Assembly: GCA_031387975.1 (NCBI GenBank)
Contig: JANNDV010000034.1
Span: 1 to 32,000, forward strand
DNA length: 32,000 nt
Direction of reading: 5' to 3'
DNA from: Acaryochloridaceae cyanobacterium OTE_75_metabat_521
GTDB taxonomy: Bacteria; Cyanobacteriota; Cyanobacteriia; Thermosynechococcales; Thermosynechococcaceae
The notes beneath the pieces were generated by a model. It was given only the letters and a program-made list of their open reading frames with translations, did no database searches and was not told where the DNA came from. Of the stretch, positions 1 through 7,353 are shown in pieces; position 1 is the first letter of the stretch; each line of letters opens with the position of its first letter. A program made the translations under genes and the position numbers.

Positions 1-25
1 GCTCCAGAAACAGGAGATATTTTGT

Positions 26-808
26 ATGTCCCTAGAGAATCCGGCTACATGGACTGGTTTACCCAAAACCTTTATCGATTGGGAACCAAACCCTCCCCCA
101 ACAGATTTGATTTTTGACGACGGTGAACCCTTGGAGAGCAATCGCCACCGCATTGCAATGAATGTTTTGATCGATTCTGTCCTTGTGGCCTTTGAAGGAC
201 GGACGAACTACTTTGTCGGCGGCAATATGTTTGTCTACTACAGTCGCCACCAAGCCATGAATCGAGACTTCCGAGGGCCAGACTTTTTGGCGGTTTTGGA
301 TGTGGACGACAACCGCGAACGTCAGGGCTGGGTCGTGTGGGAAGAAGATGGACGCTACCCCAACGTCATTATTGAGCTGATGTCTCCAAGTACGGCAAAA
401 AATGACAAAACGATCAAAAAAGACCTGTACGAGCGCACCTTTAAGACCGCTGCCTATTACATCTACGATCCGTTTGATCCAGAGTCCCTTGAAGGCTGGG
501 CTTTAGATGCTTCGCAACGATATCAGCCCATTCAGCCCAATGAGCAAGGCTGGCTTTGGTGTGAACCTTTGGGGCTATGGCTAGGGAATTGGGAAGGCTG
601 TATTCGCAGAGAACCCATCAGTGGTTCTTGTCACTGGCTGCGGTTCTATGATGAGTCAGGACAGCTAGTCTTACTCCAAGACGAACTTGCCCAAGTGGCG
701 CAGCAGGAGGCTCAAGTGGCGCAGCAGGAGGCTCAGGCCGCGCAACGTAGAGCAGATCGATTAGCGGCTCGCTTAAAAGCGTTGGGAGAAGATCCTGAGG
801 CAGTTTAA
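26..808 (+). CDS. Uma2-family (DUF820) putative endonuclease with a helical Ala/Gln-rich C-terminal tail
   Basis: 260-aa ORF with ATG at 26. The pattern is typical of cyanobacterial Uma2 proteins (PPTDLIFDDGEPLESNRHR, GGNMFVYY, PDFLAVLDV, PNVIIELMSPST, KKDLYE). The tail is AQVAQQEAQVAQQEAQAAQRRADRLAARLKALG. Confidence 0.8.
   Translation: MSLENPATWTGLPKTFIDWEPNPPPTDLIFDDGEPLESNRHRIAMNVLIDSVLVAFEGRTNYFVGGNMFVYYSRHQAMNRDFRGPDFLAVLDVDDNRERQGWVVWEEDGRYPNVIIELMSPSTAKNDKTIKKDLYERTFKTAAYYIYDPFDPESLEGWALDASQRYQPIQPNEQGWLWCEPLGLWLGNWEGCIRREPISGSCHWLRFYDESGQLVLLQDELAQVAQQEAQVAQQEAQAAQRRADRLAARLKALGEDPEAV
689..730 (+). repeat. In-frame 21-bp tandem duplication (2 copies plus a partial third) encoding the AQVAQQE heptad
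   Basis: gcccaagtggcgcagcaggag / gctcaagtggcgcagcaggag, followed by gctcagg..., read directly inside the Uma2 ORF. Confidence 0.85.
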
Positions 809-899
809 GCGCAATGGAAGGGTGTTACGTAAAGTCTTGAGTAGATTCCTGGTTCTAAATTGAAGTTGGATTGGACTCAAAAGCTGATAAAGCTAGCTT

Positions 900-1715
900 A
901 TGCAAGACTCTAGACAAGACATAAATGCCAGATGTTCTTCAGATTTGGAGCAGCGCAGCAATTGGTATTCTCCTGTCGCTGATATCTACTACAATGCAAG
1001 ACCTCGCTACCCACAGAAACTGATTGATCGGTCTGTCGTTTTGGCTCAACTTTCCTCAGAGGCATCAATTCTTGAGGTCGGTTGTGGGCCAGGAAATGCG
1101 ACGGTGGCTTTTGCTCAATCTGGGTTTTTAATGACCTGTCTTGAGCCGAATCAGGATTTTTATCATTTGGCACAACGCCAATGTACGCCATATCCAAACG
1201 TGGCAATCCACAATATGTCATTTGAGGAGTGGGAACTGGAAGCAAAACAGTTCAATGCTGTTCTATCTGCCAATGCCTTTCACTGGATATCACCCAAGAT
1301 TCGGTATGCCAAGGCAGCACAGGCATTACGCGACAATGGGTTTCTCATCCTGCTATGGAATCTGACCCCTGAACCGAAACATGAAGTTTACCAAACGATC
1401 AAAGAAGTGTATCAAGCTTATGCGCCCTCTCTTGTTCGATATGAAGGTGCGGAAATTCAATCGGAGATTTTGAAGGGGTTTGGACAAGAGATTTTAGACT
1501 CCGGTTATTTTAGGGATTTGGTTGTTGAGCAAACTGCGTGTGAAGTGACCTATAGCATTGAAGATTACCTCAAGCTTTTGAGTACTCTTCGGAGGTTGGA
1601 GCCACAAACGAAAGCATTACTGTTTGCAGGATTGCGGGAAAAGCTAGAAAAATTTGGAGATAGCGTACAGCTCTCATACCTTTCTGCTGTTCATGTTGCT
1701 CGTAAAGACAGCTAA
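900..1715 (+). CDS. Class I SAM-dependent methyltransferase (substrate unknown)
   Basis: 271-aa ORF. Motif I of Rossmann-fold methyltransferases is present (ILEVGCGPGNATVAFAQSG), followed by the acidic motif II region (LEPNQD) and FNAVLSANAFHW. Confidence 0.8.
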   Translation: MQDSRQDINARCSSDLEQRSNWYSPVADIYYNARPRYPQKLIDRSVVLAQLSSEASILEVGCGPGNATVAFAQSGFLMTCLEPNQDFYHLAQRQCTPYPNVAIHNMSFEEWELEAKQFNAVLSANAFHWISPKIRYAKAAQALRDNGFLILLWNLTPEPKHEVYQTIKEVYQAYAPSLVRYEGAEIQSEILKGFGQEILDSGYFRDLVVEQTACEVTYSIEDYLKLLSTLRRLEPQTKALLFAGLREKLEKFGDSVQLSYLSAVHVARKDS

Positions 1716-1824
1716 ACTGTTGGGGTCGAACGCATCAGAACAACCTGGCTGGAACAGACGTGCAACGTTTATTCACCTATGGTTTAAATTGTCTGGTCGC
1801 TGCTCAAACGGAACGTTATGAATC

Positions 1825-2007
1825 ATGTCTTCATTTAAGCCGTCTTGGCTCACGCCGTTATTTTGGGGCACGTTGATTGCCGCCACTGTGATTTTGGGAC
1901 TACGCGGCCTTGCCATTTTGACGATGATTCCGGGTGCTATCGTGAGTGGTCTTTGGATTGTTGCAATTAGCTTGGGTATTTATTTGGCGATTGTTAGCTT
2001 ACGTTAA
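1825..2007 (+). CDS. Hypothetical small membrane protein (two predicted hydrophobic helices)
   Basis: 60-aa ORF, almost entirely hydrophobic (LTPLFWGTLIAATVILGL ... GLWIVAISLGIYLAIV). No family recognised, so it could be spurious. Confidence 0.35.
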   Translation: MSSFKPSWLTPLFWGTLIAATVILGLRGLAILTMIPGAIVSGLWIVAISLGIYLAIVSLR

Positions 2008-2031
2008 GGGGTTTACGCTAATGGATCTGCA

Positions 2032-3090
2032 CTAGGGCATAATTGCCGCCTTAATGGTTTTTCGCTGTTTCATGTCTTCAAAGACTTGCCCTAGGTTATG
2101 GAGAGGCTGTTGATCGTTGATCATCAGCTCCAAGGGCAGCACATGGCTAGCAATTAGATCTAGTGCCTGCTGGACGTAAAAGGGCGTGTTGTGAAATACG
2201 CCTTTAAGGGTAAGTTCGTTGTAATGAAGCTGCTCTGTATCGACGGAAATCTGCGTGTTGCGGGGGCAGCCGCCAAAAAGATTGACGGTTGCGCCAGGGC
2301 GACCACAGGTGATCGCCGTTTCCCAAACGCTGGGCACCCCTGTCGCTTCCACCACAATATCGGCTCCCATCCCTGCGGTGAGGCTTTTCACAACCATAGG
2401 TATGCTCTCTACCTCACGATGGTTAAAGGTGTGAGCCGCGCCAAATTTTTCTCCGATTTGCAAACGCTGATCGGATCCGCCAAACAAAGTCACTTCAGCG
2501 CCCTGATGCGCGAATACCCCCACAAACATTAAGCCGATCGCCCCGTCTCCAATCACCACAACCTTAGGTGCACAGCCCCAGCGCTGCAGTAGCTCTGGCG
2601 AAAACCCAGACCGCGCCACGCCGTGCAAAACACAGGCGAGAGGTTCTGTGAGGGCAGCAAGAGTCTCTGGTACGCTGTCGGGGATCCGCAGGAGGTTATG
2701 GCGGACAATGGGGGCCGGAATTTTAAGATATTGGGCAAAGGTGCCGTTGTTAAATGTGAGGTCGGGGCATAGCGAGTATTCTTGGCGATTGCAAAAGAAG
2801 CAGCTCATACAGGGGGCAGAGTTATTGGGCACCACGCGATCTCCAACATTCCACCCCGTTACCCCTGCGCCCAAAGCCACAATGCGTCCAGCGGCCTCGT
2901 GCCCAAACAGGGTAGGGGGCTTAAGCATCCGCGCATGACCTCCCCGTCGCCACACTTTGAGATCGGTGCCACAGGTGGTGGCGACTGAGATTTCAATCAC
3001 CACTTCCCCAGGGTTTGGCGTAGGGTCTTCGGCCTGCTCTAGGCGTAAATCTTCTTGACCATACAAAACGGCGGCAAGCACGGCGATCAT
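2032..3090 (-). CDS. Zinc-dependent alcohol/polyol dehydrogenase, MDR superfamily
   Basis: 352-aa ORF. It has the catalytic-Zn motif GHEAAGRIVALGAGV, a structural-Zn Cys cluster (CMSCFFCNRQEYSLC) and the NAD-binding VVIGDGAIGLM. Confidence 0.85.
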   Translation of the reverse strand: MIAVLAAVLYGQEDLRLEQAEDPTPNPGEVVIEISVATTCGTDLKVWRRGGHARMLKPPTLFGHEAAGRIVALGAGVTGWNVGDRVVPNNSAPCMSCFFCNRQEYSLCPDLTFNNGTFAQYLKIPAPIVRHNLLRIPDSVPETLAALTEPLACVLHGVARSGFSPELLQRWGCAPKVVVIGDGAIGLMFVGVFAHQGAEVTLFGGSDQRLQIGEKFGAAHTFNHREVESIPMVVKSLTAGMGADIVVEATGVPSVWETAITCGRPGATVNLFGGCPRNTQISVDTEQLHYNELTLKGVFHNTPFYVQQALDLIASHVLPLELMINDQQPLHNLGQVFEDMKQRKTIKAAIMP

Positions 3091-3130
3091 TGCTCAACTG
3101 AGAGGTTTACACAGGAGTTAGATTTTCAAT

Positions 3131-4225
3131 TCACGCAAGAATAAGCTCGAGATTCTTGCCGACATCAATATTAATAGTGTCCGATGTAGATACACCCAAT
3201 AGCGAATCTTTCACGCACTTTGCGACAACATTTGCAAGTCTACATGGCACTGCATTTCCAATCTGTGAATACACATTACTGCTTGATCCACAGAATATGT
3301 AGCTGGAAGGAAAAGTCTGAAGCAATGCAGCTTCATTGATTGTGAGTCGTCTTAAATATGAAGGAGCATCATGCATACCCTGAGGTTTACCCCCCGCCAT
3401 TAAGTGCCGATGGTATTCTTCAACCCATGCTGCACCACCATAATACAAATGGTTATTATCTATAATGGGCGTTCTATTTCCCCCCATACTTGCAGGTAAA
3501 GTACTCGCCCACCCATCTGGATTAAGTGGCCTACCTTGTCCATTGAATAACATACCAGCATAAGGAGATTTTCTCAGCACTGGTTTCACGGCGAGCGTAA
3601 CTTTTGCATTGCAAACTCGGTCATTACCTTTCGTACCTGGCTTGCCTAAAGGTATCAATATATCCCGTAGAGTCGGCGCTAATTTTTTGTGTTCTTGAAA
3701 ACTCGACGAAAAAATAGGTTTGAACTGATTTTTTAATCCGATAAAAAATACCCTCTCACGAGACTGAGGTACTCCAAAGTCCTTTGCATTAAGAATGTGT
3801 ATAGAAACGTTGTAACCAGCCCTCTGAAAGCGTGACATGAGGACAGCACGAATCCTTTCAAATTTGGCAAGTGAGCCAAGCGCTTTTACATTTTCCATAA
3901 CGAATGCTTTTGGTTGAATAAGCTCAACCATCGAACAGAAGCTAAAAATCAGTTTACTTCTAGGATCATCAGGGTTCATCTTACCTGCCACAGAAAACCC
4001 TTGGCAGGGAGGTCCTCCAAGAACCACATCCACCCCCTCAAAAGCGCTAAACTCGGCTCCGCACTCGTCAATATCACCTTCAAAAAGAACTGTCTCAGGA
4101 TGGTTAGCACGAAATGTATCACAAGCGTGCTTGTCTATCTCGTTTGCAGCGATGATTTCAAAGCCAGCAGCTTTGAACCCTACATCCATTCCGCCTGCAC
4201 CACTAAACAGAGAAACAGCCTTCAT
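3131..4225 (-). CDS. DNA (cytosine-5)-methyltransferase
   Basis: 364-aa ORF with the conserved m5C-MTase motifs in canonical order: I (LFSGAGGMDVGF), IV (GGPPCQGFSVAG), VI (ENV), VIII (QSRERVFFIG), IX (RRLTINEAALLQTFP), X (GNAVP). A variable target-recognition region lies between VIII and IX. Confidence 0.95.
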   Translation of the reverse strand: MKAVSLFSGAGGMDVGFKAAGFEIIAANEIDKHACDTFRANHPETVLFEGDIDECGAEFSAFEGVDVVLGGPPCQGFSVAGKMNPDDPRSKLIFSFCSMVELIQPKAFVMENVKALGSLAKFERIRAVLMSRFQRAGYNVSIHILNAKDFGVPQSRERVFFIGLKNQFKPIFSSSFQEHKKLAPTLRDILIPLGKPGTKGNDRVCNAKVTLAVKPVLRKSPYAGMLFNGQGRPLNPDGWASTLPASMGGNRTPIIDNNHLYYGGAAWVEEYHRHLMAGGKPQGMHDAPSYLRRLTINEAALLQTFPSSYIFCGSSSNVYSQIGNAVPCRLANVVAKCVKDSLLGVSTSDTINIDVGKNLELILA

Positions 4226-4257
4226 TTAAATTATTCCTGTTTCGAATATTTTAGCAA

Positions 4258-4273
4258 TCGTAGCATGATACGA
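4258..4273. promoter_or_regulatory. Candidate C-box/operator: 16-bp near-palindrome TCGTAGCATGATACGA in the divergent M/C intergenic region
   Basis: Seven of 8 symmetric base pairs match (one G/A mismatch). The site lies 22 bp upstream of the C-gene ATG at 4296 and 32 bp from the MTase start at 4225. The function is inferred only from its position. Confidence 0.35.
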
Positions 4274-4295
4274 GCGGTAGATAAAGGCGAAAATC

Positions 4296-4565
4296 ATGCA
4301 AGTCATGAATAAAAATAAAACAATCCACGATAAGCGCTATCGGTCGCTAATAACTGAACTCGCAAAAGAGCGAATTCGGCTCAGCATTTCACAAGGTGAA
4401 CTCGCAATTCATATTGGTTTGAACCAATCTGATGTTTCTAAGATTGAAAAATTTGAAAAGCGCTTAGATATACTCGAATTTTCTATGATCTTGGAAGCGC
4501 TTCGCATCGACGAAAATATTCGACTTCAGCATATCGTTAAAGAATTTACGGGAATTCCAGAATGA
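4296..4565 (+). CDS. XRE-family helix-turn-helix protein, probable R-M controller (C) protein
   Basis: 89-aa ORF with an HTH segment (LSISQGELAIHIGLNQSDVSKIEK). It is divergent from the MTase, and its stop overlaps the start of the downstream ORF (ATGA at 4562-4565), the classic C-R arrangement. An alternative ATG lies at 4305. Confidence 0.75.
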   Translation: MQVMNKNKTIHDKRYRSLITELAKERIRLSISQGELAIHIGLNQSDVSKIEKFEKRLDILEFSMILEALRIDENIRLQHIVKEFTGIPE

Positions 4566-5650
4566 ATAGTGTTGCCAAACGGAACAGCTCTGGCCAATAC
4601 TATGTGAATACAAGACTGGGCGTAGCAAAAACTAAAAGTTCAGAGGATTTCCCTGAATTCGACTCTTCTACCGAGGTTTACAAACTACTTACTGAGCTTA
4701 TAGAAGTGAATGCCAAAGGATTTCGTGGTGTAGTTGTCACTGCATTAACTGGATTGCACTTAGATGACAATTATGATCCGCTGAATAATTTTTACGGGTG
4801 TAGCCCACGGTCTATTTTTGAAGGTGGTATTTGGTATGCACTTCAAGATAACGGCATTCCTTGCGGCAAGTCGGATCCCCTCAATGTGGCAAAAAATGCC
4901 AATCAATTAAACGAGGACTGGGCAAAGGGTCGGCGGCCTCAATCAGCGGCAATGGCAGTGGTAAAATTTCTCAATATCGTAATGCAGTTGGGAAAGGCAA
5001 AAAGAGCAAAGTTAATCGACTATTTCTTTTTTCGCCTTTGGAAATATGCCGAAAGTGTAACAGGCTATCAGCTTGCTGAAATCAAATCATCGTCCGAGTC
5101 GAGGCAGACTTTAGGCAATAAACTCATAGCATTTACTCTCAAATATCCAGAGTCTGGCAACCTCCCTCAATTTCTTGTTTCGCAGTTCTTGTCTGGCGTA
5201 TTCCGTACCTCTGCGATAGATGTAGCGGGAGGGAGCGAAAGTGTTTTCGGAACAAATACTACATCCAAAAAGCCTGCTGACTTATGGCTTGAGATTGATG
5301 GACTAGAGACTAATTTATATGAGATTACCGTCAAGCCAGTATCGAAGAAGAGGTTAGATGATAGTTTAGAGGCGCTCAGATCCACTGGTCATCTGGATAA
5401 CTCTGTGACGTTTATATGCAGGCTGCAAACTGACGTGGCGGAGCTTGATGTTATGGAAGGTAGCTGTATCTATAAGGGTAAACGCTTTGATTTTGTGGAT
5501 TATCAATCATTCTGTTGTTCTCTTTGTGCGTTGCTGAGCGACGAAGAATTTACTACGGTTTTAAATAATGTTGCAAATTTTGTTCAAGATATGCATATTT
5601 CAATGAAAACAAAAGCAGGTTGGAATGAGTTCTTTTCGACAGAGATCTAA
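4562..5650 (+). CDS. Candidate type II restriction endonuclease (family not recognised)
   Basis: 362-aa ORF translationally coupled to the C gene and next to the m5C MTase. It is AT-rich like its partners. Only a non-canonical PD...(D/E)XK-like stretch is visible (PAD-x13-EITVK, nt 5273-5335). The call rests on context. Confidence 0.5.
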   Translation: MNSVAKRNSSGQYYVNTRLGVAKTKSSEDFPEFDSSTEVYKLLTELIEVNAKGFRGVVVTALTGLHLDDNYDPLNNFYGCSPRSIFEGGIWYALQDNGIPCGKSDPLNVAKNANQLNEDWAKGRRPQSAAMAVVKFLNIVMQLGKAKRAKLIDYFFFRLWKYAESVTGYQLAEIKSSSESRQTLGNKLIAFTLKYPESGNLPQFLVSQFLSGVFRTSAIDVAGGSESVFGTNTTSKKPADLWLEIDGLETNLYEITVKPVSKKRLDDSLEALRSTGHLDNSVTFICRLQTDVAELDVMEGSCIYKGKRFDFVDYQSFCCSLCALLSDEEFTTVLNNVANFVQDMHISMKTKAGWNEFFSTEI

Positions 5651-5730
5651 TATGCGGCTGCACTCAGAACTGAACTCTACTCCATCAGTGATGATGCAAA
5701 GTGTATCGCAGTCCGGTGAGCCGCAGGCCG

Positions 5731-7287
5731 TTATTCGTGAGTTTCTGAACCAGAATCCGTTGCACTGGTTTCCAGATCCAGCGGCGGAAGAGGGGCGTAG
5801 CGACCGTAGATTTCAGCCATTTCGAGGAGGCGATCGCCATACTCTGGGCGCAGCGCATCAGCCCGATACCGCCAGCGCCAATTGTTTGCGATAGTGCCTG
5901 GGGTATTCATGCGGGCATTGGTGCCCAAACAGCAAACATCCTGGAGGGGCACAATGGCCTGATTGGACACAGAACTCATGGCAACTCGAATCATGTCCCA
6001 CGCCACACCGTGGGGGCTAATGCCGCCTAGATACTTCGCAAACCGCTCTTTTTCGTAATCAGAGGCGGCCTCGTACCAGCCGAGGGTCGTATCGTTGTCG
6101 TGGGTGCCCGTATAAATCACGCTGTTGTGGATGGTGTTGTAGGGCAGATAAGGGTTGCCCCCATCACTGCCAAAGGCAAAGTGCAAAATTTTCATGCCTG
6201 GAAAACCGAACTGATCCCGCAGATCTAAAACGGCCTGGTCAATATCTCCTAAATCTTCCGCAATGATGGGCAAGCTGCCCAGGGCATCGCGCACGGCTGA
6301 GAACAGCTTTTCGCCAGGGCCGTAGAGCCACACCCCTTTAATAGCAGTTTCTTCTTCTGCCGGAATTGCCCAATAAGAGTCAAACCCTCGAAAGTGATCA
6401 ATCCGAATCAGATCGACCAGTTCTAGGCAATCTTTAAAGCGGTTTACCCACCAGGCAAAATCTGTAGCCTCAAGGTGCTTCCAATCGTAGAGGGGGTTGC
6501 CCCAACGCTGACCCGTGACGGCAAAGTAGTCAGGGGGCACGCCTGCGACAAAGATGGGCTGTTTTTCGTCATCGAGCTGAAATAGGTCTGGGTTCGCCCA
6601 CACGTCTGAGCTATTGAGGGACACATAAATGGGGATATCCCCAAAAATCTGAATATGGTTCTGGTTGGCGTACTGCTTGAGGGCGCTCCACTGCCGAAAG
6701 AATTCAAATTGCCAAAATTTCTGACAGTAGATTTCATCGGTGAGGTCTTCTTTCGCCGCTTGAAGCGCTTCAGGATGGCGATCGCGCAGGGGAATCGGCC
6801 AAGCACTCCACATGCCCTCGGGCTGGGTTTTGTGCAGCGCCATAAATAGCGCGTAGTCGTCTAGCCAGTGGGCTTTAGCGGCGCAGAAATTGGCAAAGGC
6901 CGTTTGCTTAAGGGGTGGTGCGGTGTCTCTAAACCGAAAGCTGGCCTTGTGCAGCAGCGGCATTTTCCAGTTTTCGACCCGCTCAAACTCAATGAAGTCG
7001 GGGTTAAAATCTGGCAGCCCCTGAAGTTCTTCACTAGACAGCAGCCCCTCGCTAACCAACACGTCCACGCTAATCAGCAGCGGGTTGCCTGCGGCTGCCG
7101 AAAAGCTCATGTAGGGCGAATTGCCGTAATCTGTGGGGCCAAGGGGCAAAATTTGCCAGAGCCGCTGACCGCTTTTGGCTAAAAAATCAATGAACTGTCG
7201 CGCCTGTCCCCCCAAGTCGCCCATCCCATAAGGCCCTGGAAAACTGGTGGGGTGAAGCAGAATCCCGCTGGTTCTTGGAAATGGCAT
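5731..7287 (-). CDS. malQ: 4-alpha-glucanotransferase (amylomaltase, GH77)
   Basis: The N-terminus MPFPRTSGILLHPTSFPGPYGMGDLG is typical of MalQ. GH77 catalytic regions are present (IRIDHFRGF, IIAEDLG, YTGTHDN). The ORF-track start at 7344 adds 19 residues upstream of this conserved Met, so I prefer ATG at 7287. Confidence 0.9.
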   Translation of the reverse strand: MPFPRTSGILLHPTSFPGPYGMGDLGGQARQFIDFLAKSGQRLWQILPLGPTDYGNSPYMSFSAAAGNPLLISVDVLVSEGLLSSEELQGLPDFNPDFIEFERVENWKMPLLHKASFRFRDTAPPLKQTAFANFCAAKAHWLDDYALFMALHKTQPEGMWSAWPIPLRDRHPEALQAAKEDLTDEIYCQKFWQFEFFRQWSALKQYANQNHIQIFGDIPIYVSLNSSDVWANPDLFQLDDEKQPIFVAGVPPDYFAVTGQRWGNPLYDWKHLEATDFAWWVNRFKDCLELVDLIRIDHFRGFDSYWAIPAEEETAIKGVWLYGPGEKLFSAVRDALGSLPIIAEDLGDIDQAVLDLRDQFGFPGMKILHFAFGSDGGNPYLPYNTIHNSVIYTGTHDNDTTLGWYEAASDYEKERFAKYLGGISPHGVAWDMIRVAMSSVSNQAIVPLQDVCCLGTNARMNTPGTIANNWRWRYRADALRPEYGDRLLEMAEIYGRYAPLPPLDLETSATDSGSETHE

Positions 7288-7353
7288 GGCTGCGAAATTC
7301 CTAAAAAAAGACTGAAGGCGCGGCTTGGAAAAGCCTAAGCGCATTATAGAAGT

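Larger units (their letters stand above)
3091..5730. other. AT-rich, HIP1-free genomic islet carrying a type II-like restriction-modification module (M / C / candidate R)
   Basis: Three 60-nt lines sampled inside the islet give 20/60, 24/60 and 24/60 G+C, against 33/60 for a sampled malQ line. No GCGATCGC occurs inside. The islet sits between two chromosomal minus-strand genes (adh, malQ). No integrase or transposase and no convincing flanking direct repeats were seen. Confidence 0.6.

Noticed and set aside
2191-2988. Plus-strand ORFs (113, 96 and 68 aa) and two short minus-strand ORFs within the ADH gene.
   Set aside because: All are embedded in the MDR dehydrogenase coding region and are GC-rich shadow ORFs without motifs.
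3914-4312. 132-aa plus-strand ORF antisense to the 5' part of the m5C methyltransferase gene.
   Set aside because: The opposite strand carries perfect m5C-MTase motifs I-VI, so this ORF is an antisense artefact.
3091-5730. I searched for flanking direct repeats or att-like sites and for mobility genes around the R-M islet.
   Set aside because: Only trivial 6-nt matches (aactga) occur at both edges, and there is no integrase or transposase. I therefore call it an islet, not a mobile element.
5625-5894. 89-aa plus-strand ORF bridging the end of the R-M islet and the malQ 3' end.
   Set aside because: It overlaps the REase stop region and is antisense to malQ. It has no motifs and is probably spurious.
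7288-7344. N-terminal extensions in the ORF track. Besides this malQ extension, the same applies to recO (10259), DUF2993 (10093), yjbQ (25734), htrA (21034) and the M23 peptidase (20978).
   Set aside because: The conserved N-termini of these families begin at internal Met codons. The longest-ORF starts (several of them TTG) add non-conserved residues or create overlaps with divergent genes.
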